Source: Vicugna vicugna (Eukaryota). Taken from it: a stretch of DNA of 64,000 nt. The position numbers were made by a program, and so were the translations under genes. Below the pieces are notes generated by a model. The model was given only the letters and a program-made list of their open reading frames with translations, was not told the origin of the DNA and ran no database searches. Numbering within the stretch: position 1 is the first letter of the stretch; every line of letters begins with the position of its first letter. Positions 47,969-59,888 of the stretch are shown here, in pieces. The stretch is taken from positions 186,001-250,000 of the forward strand of contig MU058206.1 of the NCBI GenBank assembly GCA_013265495.1, given 5' to 3'.

Positions 47969-49165
47969 CCACTTGCACTATACCCTTTCCCCATGTGAAA
48001 CTTTTTTATGAATACAGGATTGCTATTTGTATTTTACATACAGAGCCTCCAGAGATGCAAATTTGACTGAGATGTTAAAATTAACACTTTTCTAGTACTT
48101 TGTAGCTTTCACATACATCATCTAATTTAATTTTCACTATAGGCATATAATAGGTAGAATATTACATGTACAATAGGCAGAAAATGCAGATATTATCGTC
48201 CTTATTTTACAGAAGGCTATGTCACAGAGGCTAGATGACTTGCCCAAGATTGTTCACTTAGTAAATGGCAAACCCAGGACTAACATCTTAGGTCTTTTGA
48301 CTCCAGATTCAGGTACTTCCCCAACAGACACTTAATTTCTAGACCATTAGCCTGCCTGAGAGCCAAAGTGTGGGCTGGTTGGTTTCTTGTTCTTGCCTGA
48401 CAGCTTTTCCCATTTTAGGACCCTCAACATGTAGATTCTCAGGCAATCTTTGGAGATGATGAGTGATTTTTATTGGTTGAGCCATACGGTGTGTGTTAGA
48501 GGTAAAAGCCCTGGAATGAGGAATCTTGAAATACTTTGAGCAAATGGCTTCCTAAATAAATAATAAAATAAAAGTTTGACTATAGAAGAAGCTTAAATCT
48601 TTAAACAAAACCAGCCACCCACTCCCATAAAAAGAATATATTTAATCTGGTCCAAAATTATCAAAGCATATTTCCTTACATGATAGAAAAGGCCACTTCC
48701 TTCTTCATTTTTCATAAGTTTCTTTTGATTATTGAAAGACGTTCAATTCAGATTGCATAATAGAAAGGAAAGTACACCTATCATGCATGTGACTTGATCA
48801 GTTTAGTGTAGGAAACTTAAATTCCACCGAAAGAAAATATTCTTGCTTGTAATTTTGTGCCTTTTTAATAAATGTATGGGTTTATGACATTTTGGAATTG
48901 AGAAATACATCATTAGGAAAGACGGGACTACATTTGTACCGAACATATGCAAGTATGTTCAAAGATTGCCAGATCCAACCTGTGAGAGAAAAGAGTTTGT
49001 TGTGGGTGCAAGTTATGATGCTGACAGCACTTACCTTTGATCGATTCAATCTGTGATCAGACATGGACTTGATAAAAATGATATTGCAAAAAAAAGTTTA
49101 TTTTAGAGAAAAAGATTACTTTCGAAGCTTAACCCTTGAGATTAAATTTTTCTCTCCTTTAACAG

Positions 49166-49441
49166 GACACTCCACAGGAAAACATGAAAAAGGAATCAGC
49201 TCAGCTCCATGAACCTCAGAGATTTTCTAAAGAGAAAATGTCATGTTATTGGACAGATGCACATTCTTCCCTTGGAGAGAAGGGTAATGTGGCTAGTCTC
49301 AAGAAGGACATGGGGTTTAAATTTTGTTCTAAAGCCAAAGTGCCAGAAATTGAGAGCCTGGACAGTGGAAGAAGAGTTGGTGGAGGTAGCACAGCTGAAG
49401 AATTGGATCTTCTGAGTCCAGAAAGTCATGGTCCTTCTTGA
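49166..49441 (+). pseudogene. Candidate terminal exon of an unrecognised divergent gene or pseudogene (91 open codons in phase 0)
   Basis: Strong acceptor ttttctctcctttaacag|G; phase-0 frame open to TGA 49439-49441; AATAAA at 50029-50034. No homologue recognised. Confidence 0.35.
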
Positions 49442-51419
49442 TAAGCTGGCAAAAGACACTAAGCTGACCCAGCTGGAGGAATGTGAAGGCAGGCATGCAT
49501 AGGCGATCCCTGTCCTCTCTTCACCCAGGTATCACACCCAACCAGCTGTCTCTTATTCCCTTCTCTATCACTGATAGCTTCTCCTGGCATGGGCATGATC
49601 AAAGGATAAAGACCTCATCTGAAGATCAACCCCTGTCTGTTTCCTCCAATTAAAAAAGCCATGGCTTTGGGGAGGCTGTATGCTGCTAAGGGGAGATGCC
49701 TTGCCATACAGAGCATCTTCTAGCTTGCATGGAAACCTTGGTTACTGTCCCCCTGCCATCTTTATCACTAATTCACTTGTCACAAATTTGTTGAAATGAC
49801 CCCTATGTGCCAGACACAGAGCTAGGCAATAAGGAATGACAATGATGTTCAGAAACATGATTCCTTCACTGGAGTTCACAGCCCAGCAGGCCTTGAAGCC
49901 TGTAAGCAGAAGTGGTACTGGGCTAGATGCTATTCCAATCAAGACATGACCTGGCCCCTGCTTTCAGGGACGTCAGAGGTAGGCACTCAAAAGCATCAAA
50001 AGTGGAGATTATGTACACCAAGTATCTCAATAAATTGTTTTTCATCTATAGGAGAATTACTTGCCTCCAACAGCAAATGCTCAGTCCCTCGATCCCAGCC
50101 TGCTCTTAGGGTGTCCACAGCTGTCACAAGTAAGTGAGGACTCAAGGAACTGGCGTTATTTTTCCTACTGGTGTTGAATCAGAGGTGCAGCCCCTCCCCA
50201 AGCAGTCCCTGTAAGGCATGGGGTCTTAAGAACTGCAGAAGTCTGACGAGAGGTTTTGGGGAATTCTGGAAGATCAGATTCAGGCCTTATCTGCTGGCTA
50301 CTGAATTAAGAGGAGGCTGGTGTTGTCATAGCCAAGAGAAGCTTTCCAGTTTTGAAGGTGCCGTCCAGCCCTACTCCCAGGGCACCTTGACCCTCACCTT
50401 TTGCACAATATTTTAGGCCACAATATCCAACAGGAATGGAAACTCCAAATTACTGTTTTTACCCTCCAAAATCTGATATTCAGTAGCCACCATTCAGCAG
50501 AGAATAGAGAAGTCTTGATAGTCTTTGGTACCTGGGGGACTGTCTCTGAACTTCCTGGTAAATGTCTAAGTGCTTACGTCTTTGGCCCCCAGGTTCCATA
50601 ATAATAAAAATGGAAAATAAAATGACGCAGACACACAGTGTCTCTTTCTGACCTACCTCCTTCCCTCAGCCTCTGTCTGAAATGTCAGGCCCAGCTCCTC
50701 AGGGAACAAGATCCTGAGGAAATGGGGTCAGAACTGAAGGAGGAGCAGAGCAGCCTGAGAGGGGCTGGGAATGAGTGTGGAGGGAATGAATGAGGTTATG
50801 GGAACAGAGTAGGGAGGGGTCCTAGGCGTCAACATCTCTCTCACTCTGATGGCCTCCCCCTCCCTATAGCCCTTCCCTGTTACTCCTGAGGTAACCATGG
50901 CCTGGATTTTGACCTTGGTACTTGTCTGACACACTTTGTCCCTTGCTGTGACCCACCACTTTCCATCCTCTGCTTAGTTATCTCACTGTTCATTTTCCTT
51001 CTTTCAGGCTGGGTGACGTTCACTCCTTAACTCTTCTTTTCTTCTTGGTGGGAATCAAATTTTCTTGCTAAACTGCAGCCTTTTTAAGCTGAAGAGTCTT
51101 CATCCTTAACAATAAAAGATACACTGGATGTTATAAAACAGGTAAAGGGTAAATGTGGGATCAGAGACATCAAAATTTGGAATACCAGACCTAGTGACAC
51201 TCCATGAAAAATACAAGGTAGATTTTTTTTTTAAGAATTGGAAGAGACAATAGGCACTGTATATGATCCAATCCCCTCATTTCACAATTGGAGAAGTGGA
51301 TGCCCAGACAAGGGAAGGATTTGCCAGAGGCCACTTGGCAAATCAGAGGCAGGGCAGGAGACGAGGGCTCCTGCATACTGTTCAGCATTGCCTCAAAACA
51401 TGAATAACTTCCAAAAGGA

Positions 51420-51829
51420 TTTACATGGAATACTATTCAGCAATAAAAGGGAATAAACTACTGTTACATGCTACAACATGGATGGACCTTAAAAACTGTA
51501 TGCTAACTGACCTTAAAAACCATACACTAACTGAAAGAAGCCAGATGCAAAAGACTACATATTGTATGATTCCATTTATATAAAATATCAAGAAAGGGCA
51601 AACTTATAAGCACAAAAAGAAGATCAGTGGTTGCCTAGGGCTGGGAGTAGAAGCAGGGATTATATCTGCAAACAGGCACAATGCAACTTTTTGGGGTGAT
51701 GGAAATGATCTAAAACGAGCATGCGGTGATGGCTGCACTACTCTATAAACTTACTAAAAATCATAGAATTATATACATATAATAAGTGACCTTTACAGTA
51801 TATAGTTTATGCCTCAAACAGTTAAAAAA
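51420..51829 (+). mobile_element. Old L1 (L1MB/L1ME-like) 3' end with an internal 24-bp tandem duplication (51485-51532)
   Basis: atggaatactattcagcaataaaa; gaaagaagccagatgcaaaagactacatattgtatgattccattt; gatcagtggttgcctagggctggg. Confidence 0.85.
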
Positions 51830-52080
51830 GAGATTTAGACATGTTTATGGATGAGATTTATGATGTGTGTCACACCGTTAATCTTTTAAGGGAACATCTC
51901 ATGAAAAAGAATACCTACCCCCATGATACCCTTAAAAGGTCACTGTGAAAGACTTAAGATTTGGTTCTTTGGCCTATGAAATACCCAGGATGGCATTCTT
52001 CGTTTTAAATAAAAAGTATCCTCCTCACTAAAATTTGTAAGGTTCCTAAGGAGAGCAGGCATGTCTTGGTCCTCACTCTA

Positions 52081-52442
52081 GCTCTCTCTCTCTCTATTTT
52101 TTAAATTGAAATATAGCCAGTTTACAATGTTGCATCAATTTCTGATATACAGCATAGTAGTTCAGTCATACATACACACACATACATTCCTTTTCATGTT
52201 CTTTTTCATTATAGCTTACTACAAGATATTGAATATAGTACCCTGTGCTGTACAGTATAAACTTGCTCTTTATCAGTTTTTGTGAGGAATCCTCTTGTAT
52301 TTTGAAGTGAGAGACACTCTACCAAAGTTCAGTAGGTGTTCTGTGCAGTTCAGTGGGTCTGTAGATGTAATGCTTGGTGTATTTGTGGGAGACCACCAGC
52401 TAGCTATGAGTCCCACTGCTCCACCGTCTTGGCACTCTCTCC
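52081..52442 (-). mobile_element. Internally deleted mini-L1: 161-nt L1 5' end joined to about 200 nt of L1 3' end and tail
   Basis: Perfect 17-bp TSD tcttggtcctcactcta (52064-52080, 52443-52459). 3' part resembles the L1 end at 30423. 5' part resembles recalled cetartiodactyl L1 5' UTR starts. Confidence 0.75.
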
Positions 52443-53510
52443 TCTTGGTCCTCACTCTAATTACTACACCTAGAGTGCTGTGATCAGCATGTGGATGGTG
52501 CATGTGGATGGTGCTTCACCAAAAAAAAAATTAACATAAACTTTAGTTCTGCTGTGTCGTGTTGTTATAGATACCTTGAGGGATCATGTGGTTTCTAGAG
52601 CAGCACCTCAGTGGGAAGAGTTTGCATCCCCCTCATATTACTTTCCCTAAGAGATCCAAGTCCCTGGAGAGGAGATGCTGGTTGCGTATGTTCCCAGAAG
52701 ACTGTGTATAAACCAAAAGGCCTATTCATTTCACCCCCTTTAGACTTCTCTCCTCTCCACTATTGTTCCTATTTACCTCCTCCACGTTGGCCTCAACAAT
52801 GCAATGACCCCTGGGGCAAATAAGCTACAACACTTGAAACATTGTCCATCTGATTGCATATCCCATCTTTCTCCCTTCCCCTCACACCACACACCAAATC
52901 AGGCATCAAGTACCATGAAATCCAATTCAAAGATATTATAACAGATGGGACCCGTGATGTGAAAATTGGTCTGTAGTTTGATTTCCTTCTGACCTCGGGC
53001 ATAGGCTCAGAACTTATCTTCAGAGCCAAGAATATTATCCCTAAAGGGCTTTTGTAATAGATAACTGCAAAATATCGCCACAGATGCTTCCTCAGTTTTA
53101 TCTTCTGTGCCTTTGGTATATGATGTCCCCTCCTCATCCCACAATTGTATCATCTTCATCATCATCTGCTTCAGCTTCCAGAGAGACCTCGCTGCTTTCA
53201 AGCGTTCCTCAACTGACCCTGTGAGATACTAAAATGATTCCCTCAGGACTTAGGTGTCCCGTTTTTAGCCCATGTATCAGCTAATGTGCAGCTTCATAAT
53301 TCCTCCCGAACCACATTATATGTACTTGTCCTTTCTCCCCAGTTCTGAGCAAAGGGACCCATCTGCTCTGGTATTTCTTGTCAGCAACAAGCGCAAGGCA
53401 CCGTATCCAGCAATGCTGACACAATGGTGGTTATTTAAGTATTTGTTTTTCCAACTGATATTTCTGATCACTCCTGAAAGTGGAGGCTAAAAGCCCCACA
53501 GACTGAAAGT

Positions 53511-53679
53511 AGGGAAGGCTCCAGGTTTTGTGAGGCCTCATGCTTATACCATTTGGGGGTTCCTCTTTAAGTTAAATAGTAAAACAATTACAGAGTTTGG
53601 TACAAGGACTTGAAGGATTCTCTGCAAGTGAGGGTCTCTGACTCTTAAGTTTCATAGCTTCCCTGTAAATCTTCTGCTG
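53511..53679 (+). mobile_element. MER53-like hAT DNA transposon
   Basis: ccaggttttgtg.ggcct.a.gcttatac.atttggggg..cctctttaag...gcaagtgagg matches the recalled MER53. Confidence 0.7.
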
Positions 53680-56600
53680 ACTGAGAAAATGAAGCCTGAT
53701 TACAACCCATCCTTTTCGTCAGCCCTGACTGCATTAGGTGCCTATTTCTGGTTTTTCCTGTGGACATCGTGTACCTAACACATCTATTCCACAACATGGC
53801 TCTAGCTCAACAAAATGGCCTTGGCAGCCAAGTCTACCTAATGGAAAAGTCTTAAAGGGCTAGACTGACAATCCTCCCACTTAGTAACTTGGTGACACTT
53901 GGAGCAATGCTCTTTTCAGGGCAGGTGGTTTCTTGCTGTGCATGGTGGAGGGTGAGGACTTTGTACCCCATTCTTCCTGGAAGTCCCTGATGGCTCGAAG
54001 CTTGGAGGAATTGTGCTGTTGTATAGCAGGAGGGCCTGGAATGTTCCACTACATTCCACCAGTGGCCTCTGTGACCCCTGTTTCCATTCAACTTGGGCAA
54101 AGTCCTAGTAGTCTACAAAGTAGCATGTATCCTGCTGGGGTAGGAAGCAGCTTGGTCTTGCTTCTTCCATGTCACTCTGATAATATCACACAAGTTGGTA
54201 CCTTCCCTGGAAGTCCCACCTGGAAGCTCCACTCAAGTCTTTGACCTCCTGTTTGCCCAGAATGTCAAGCCAGGGTTTAAATATCAACTCTGTCAATTTT
54301 TCGGCCTATACACCCAGTTCTGAATTCTTCCCAAGGTAGATTAGAAATCCTGGAATCTCTGAACCAGGGATGGGTCTGCATTCCTCAGAGTGCCCAAGAA
54401 GCCTGTGCCACTTATAGAGACAGTAATATGAGGACCCCAGGAAGGAAGAAATATAATCAGGATGCTACAGGCCATATACCCCTGCTACAAGCATAGAAGA
54501 AAACTTCTACTTTCTGGGAGCTTCCTTTAGGCTAAGCTATTTGCACACATAATCTTGTTAACCCTCAGTCATAGTTATTACATCCTATACAGTAGGTATA
54601 AGTATCCCCAGTTCACTGGTGAGGAAACCGAGGCTCAGAGAGGTTGGGAAACGTGTTGAAGGTTATATAGCTAGAGGTGATGGGTACATTTTTCAAAGAC
54701 TGAGGGGTTCAGTGGACTAGGTCAGAGGGATGCAGACCTAGAGGTCCACATCTAATCAGAGTTCAGATTACAGACCAGACCCAGTCATTCCATGACCCAC
54801 TCCCCTACCTCCCTGTCCCTCTCCGAGCCCTAAACTCTCTAGAACTCTTTGTATATATCGGAGGGAAGCAGTGCTCAGGAATTATGGAGGTGAGTCTGGC
54901 AGGTTCCAGCTGTCCCTGGTATGGAAGTTGAACATTTTTTGGAACTTTTCCTTGGCAAAAGTACATCTCTTCTTCAGTGGACTAGGCTAGGACCAAATCC
55001 ATTTCCTTTCTCCAAGCTTCTTACCTTGGGGGAGGACAGGGAGATGGGGAAGCTGGGGGATTTCCATTAAGGAGAAACCAGAGACGATGAAAGGAGGTAG
55101 AGGGGTGGTGCCGCCCTTTAAGAAAGCCTGCCAGAGCTCCGGAACTCTTAAGAAACTTCTGTAATGTGCCAAGTAAAGTGAGAAAGCTCTTCATGGGGTC
55201 AGAAGAGAAGCTACAAGAGGTGGCCCTAGGGGAGACTTAGCAGAACAGGGTGGGAAGAGGGTAAGAATCTATCCAGGACCAATGTGTGTTTCAATTCTGA
55301 CACTACCAAAAGCAAAAAAAAGCAAAGGACTCACCCCTCAACTCCCCACCTCTGAGGTGGGGCAGCCAAATAAGGGGAACTTTGCCGGACTGTGTTCTCC
55401 ACTGGCAGAAAACACTGGCTGCACTGCCTGCCAGAGCGCTGCTGGAAAGAGCCACTGACCGCTGAGTTGGGTTGATAAATGATGGACACCCCTGTCTGCT
55501 GCCCATTCTCTTCTTTTCTCCCTGCTTAGCTTGTAGCCTTCTGCCTGGCAGGGAGCCCCAAAGTAGGGGTGGGGAAGGAAGGGTCCTCCAGACAGTATTT
55601 AATACCCAGTGATTTATAGGCTGCTGGAAGGGGAGGGGGGAAGCCAGAGAGGGGAAGCCCCCGGGACTAGTTTCCATGACACATCAGCACACCATTGACA
55701 AGAGTCAAAGTATTTTCCTGATGCCTGTGCCTTCAGGCCCATGTTTGAGATAAGATATAGCCCTTACCACTTCTGGGGCCCAGGACTCTGGTATCATGTA
55801 GGATGAGACCCAGGGCTGGCTGGAATGAGGCTAGTGGACATACAAGTAAATCGTCAGCCTTTACTTTAAGCCCTGCGCTGCTGGGAGAAGGAAGGAACAA
55901 CTGAGGTTGAGCAGCTCAATAGCTGTTTTTGGAGGATTTATTTTCTTAATGTACAAGAATTCTTTTGAACCCTCCATGACTCCAAGAAAAACTATTTGAA
56001 ATGTCCCTGCTTCAAGGGCCGGAGGTTAAGTGCCAGGGACGGNNNNNNNNNNNNNNNNNNNNNNNNNNNNNNNNNNNNNNNNNNNNNNNNNNNNNNNNNN
56101 NNNNNNNNNNNNNNNNNNNNNNNNNNNNNNNNNNNNNNNNNNNNNNNNNNNNNNNNNNNNNNNNNNNNNNNNNNGGCAGGGCACCACCTTCTGGGATTTT
56201 CCCCTTTTCTGGGTGAAAACCAGAGTAGAATATGCCCAGGGAACCAATAGGGCATGTGCCCAAGGGTCTGGAGGGTGCTGGAGATGATGTGATACAGGGG
56301 GAGACCAGTGCTTTATATAGTTTAGAGTTTGGTCCCCGCTGGTGGAGAGAAGATGCATTTTGTGAGAGTGCATGGTAACTGCCCTTCATAAGGATGATCT
56401 CGAAAGGTCAAGGGATGGGCCTTGAATAGCCCTAATGTCCCTGAAACAGTCTATTGTATAGCTATTGTCCACACATGTAAAGGAACCCGACTCGACGCTA
56501 TTCATACTTTTCTTTTTCTGCTTCTGGGATTTGCCAAGTGAACAACTGCACACTACCTTATCCCCAGACCCAAGTCTACCTATTTTAAGCTTCAACAACA

Positions 56601-57039
56601 AAATAGTTCAACATACCTTTCTTGAATTCCTACCACGTGCCAGGCATAATGCTGCGTGCTGGGGATATAGAGGTAAATAACATATGGTCTCTTCTCTGGG
56701 GAGTCCACTGTCTAGTTTTCAAAAGATTTGCCTTTGCACTGACTTTTGGGACTGGGTAAAAGATCTGCTCTACCCCCTTTATATTTTCATACACCTGGAT
56801 CATATCCTTAGCCTCCAACTTTCCAACAATCTTTTAAATTTTGCCTCATATGGTAACCTCCACTTTGTCTTTGACCAATTTAGATAACTTTCTTTGGATT
56901 ATGATCTATCTGCCTTAGGAACTGAGTGACCAGAATTAGGCACTATATTTCAAATATAAATGCTATATGAATGTGTGTACAAAAGTAACACCGTGTTTTC
57001 CAGCTTCCTTTGTTGGTCCATTGCCGTTCTTTCACACAT

Positions 57040-57560
57040 CCAATAGTTCCTGCCTATTAAGCACTCTGCACTGTGCTAGGTGCTGAGAATGCAATGGTGA
57101 GTAAAATGGACACTGCTCCCTCAGAACCTACAGTCTGGGGTAGGTGTTGGGGTGGGTAGAAGCTAAAGAATCCAAATATTCACACAAATAAATGTATAAT
57201 TACAAACTGAGACAAATGCTATGAAGAAAACACCAGCGTGCTATAACAGTATAGAAATGAGGGACCTGGTCTAGTCAGGAAGCTTTGGGAAATAGTTCTC
57301 TGAGGAAATGACATTTGACCTGAGATCTGAAGGATTAGTGGAAACAGGTGAAGAAGAGTATGGGGAAAGACCATTCCAGGCAGAGCAAAGAGTATGTGCA
57401 AAGGTCCTGAGGTGGAAGGAAACAGAGCACTCCGGAGAATTGCAGAAAGGCCAGTGAGGCTGCAGCACAGAGAATGAGGTTGTGGATGGCCTGGAGAATC
57501 AACCAGAGGGAAGACCATGAGGGACACTGCCGGCCAGGTAAGAATTTCAGTCTTTATCCT
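57040..57560 (-). mobile_element. L2 LINE 3' fragment
   Basis: gtgctaggtgctgag; ctctgaggaaatgacatttgacctgagatctgaagga; attccaggcagag; gtgcaaaggtcctgagg. Other L2 pieces at about 56590-56710, 61310-61700, 62240-62520 and 63440-63770. Confidence 0.85.
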
Positions 57561-59019
57561 ACTGAAGCACACAGAACCAGTCTTTACAGAAGAGCTTGTT
57601 TTCCCACATTATTAGTGCTGCTTATACTTATCTTGAAGGAGAACAGTAATGATGGTCTGAACTGCTCTAGGAACCCTCCCAGTTTCCTGGCATGGTGTGG
57701 CTACGTCTGGCTGGCCCTGGAAAGCCCCAAACTGAGGAGCCAGCCCCAGCCTGGCAGCCCTCAGGAGAGGGCTGGCCCCTGTCAGTATGGACAGAGGGGC
57801 AGGGGTGGAGGGTGGGTGGAGTGCTTTGCCCGAGGTATCAGCTTCACAGTGACATCTGGAACAGCCCCAAGACCATGGCTCTTGTTCCTTGATAACTCTA
57901 TCATGTGTAGCCCCCATTTAAATGGTCTGCTCATCCTGCCATCCTTCCTACAGCAGCTGTGCACCCCACCCAAGCTGGGGAAGGCCTCTGGATAAGAACT
58001 CTGACTCTGCCCAGAATTTGAAGTTCTGAGTTCAGGCCTTTATACTGTCTGGAACCATGTATATACACATCCTTGATAGTTTTCCAGAGTTGTTCATGGA
58101 GCCATGGGAGAAGAAGGTCATGATGGTTGGACCTGGCCTTCCTGAAGCCCTCTCTTTCCTTCCAGGTGAATCTTTGGAGAATGTGGTCTGGTGTACTGAC
58201 ATCTACTGGCAAGGCTAGGCAGGTATGAAAATGACCAAATGCCCCACTCAATCTCAAGTATTTCCAGACAAGTAAGAAAATTATCCTTGGCCCCTGAGAT
58301 TGGGTTGGGGTCCGTAACCTCAGTTGGTTAGAGCAAGACTAAGAACTGCAACACTGTAGTTTGCACAAGTACTGATTTACCTTAAATAGAGAAATGATTT
58401 TCCTAGTTGTAGCTCGCCTCCCTTACCCTGGCCAGTTGATTCACATTTGGGTAAAATTAGTCACAAGGGAGATTGGGTAAGCACGTGTAAATGACTCTGA
58501 GAGACCCATTCCTAGCCCCCATTCCTGGGAAGCCATCTCCCAACAAATGAAATGACCCTTGGTTTACACATGGCAGAACGCCAGGTTATTTTTCATCCTC
58601 CCGAAGTTGACTGGTTTGTGAAAATTTTTTTCTAGGACTCAGTTTCTCCTGGGTCACCAGGAAAATAATGTCTGCAGAACCAGCTTCAAAGTTTCTATAG
58701 TGGGCAAGAGAGACTACAGCTTTTAAAGTGGCTCCTCAATTCTTGCTATGACACAACCTTCCTCCTCACTGCTTTCATCCATGTCCTCTACACATTCTGT
58801 TCACAGCCTCATTCTCTTTCTCAGTAGCATGCGTACTTGACAAAGAGTTTACCACTAGAGGTAATAGGGAAGCCAGAGCAAGAGGAGGAGGAGAAACTAC
58901 CAGAGGAATCATTATGAAGCAAATGTTCTGGCAAATAATACTGTCGTAACTGAATGGGGCTCAGACGAAGCATCCGTCTGTCTATCTATCTACCCATCTC
59001 TCTATCTTTCATGCAAACT

Positions 59020-59700
59020 CAAAAGAAAATCACCAACACCTCAGTGGAGAAATGAGTTATGGATAGGATTTCACAGAAGAGGAAACAGAACTAGTAAATA
59101 AACATGGAAAACTGAAGTATATCCTAACTAGAAATAAAATCAAAAGCACATATGAGGTGCAGTTTTCATTTTCACAAAAATTGTAAGATTTTATTAAGTG
59201 GTAACACTCAGTTCTGAGAACGTCCTAAAACTGGCATCCTCACATAAGGATGGTGACACTGTAAATCTGGGCAGGCCTTTGGGGAAAGAAATGAAGCAAT
59301 ATATAAGAGGGAGAAATAAAAACAGGAGAGCTATAGATGCAGGCAGACATTCACTGCAGCATTATCTGGCATAAAGGACCCTCAATCATCCCAAAAAGGG
59401 AAATGAGAGTATGTCACTGAGCCACAATGCAGTGTCACACAGCGATTACAATTACAATTAAGAAAACTATAGAGAAGCATGGGAAATATTGAGAATGTAT
59501 AAAAAATATGAAATTTCACGTAAACAATGAGTGCATTTATACAAAATGTGCACATATAATAAATAAGACGTATGCATGTGGAGAAAAACTGGAAGGCAAT
59601 ATGCAAAAAGTAAAAATAGCTCTATGGCAGCATTGAGATGAAGGATGTCTTTTACATCTTCACACATTTATTTAGTATTATTACACTGGGTTAATAATTT
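59020..59700 (+). mobile_element. Very old L1 (L1ME-like) fragment
   Basis: atttcacagaagaggaaacag; cattcactgcagcattat; degenerate. Approximate. Confidence 0.6.
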
Positions 59701-59769
59701 TTGAAAGGGGGGGGTTGGTGCAGGGAAATGTCATACCCCGCCTGCCCCTTCCTATACACACTCATCCTA

Positions 59770-59888
59770 CATCGTAAGCTCTAGGAGGAAAGCATCGCGT
59801 CTGTTTATTCACAATGTGCATTCACTCCTAGCCCCATGCCTGGCACTTATCAGATGCTCAATAAATATTTGTTGAATGAATAAATGAA
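59770..59888 (+). mobile_element. L2 3' terminus
   Basis: gcctggcac.ta..agatgctcaataaatatttgttgaatgaataaatgaa. Confidence 0.85.

Noticed and set aside
56175-56470. Unassigned LTR- or promoter-like block beside a gap (CCAAT, TATATAAAG on the minus strand)
   Set aside because: No LTR termini or TSD found, the motifs are in incompatible orientation, and the adjacent sequence is N.
58307-58345. tRNA A-box-like ctcagttggttagagc
   Set aside because: No B box or cloverleaf; at most a decayed ancient SINE fragment, too short to name.
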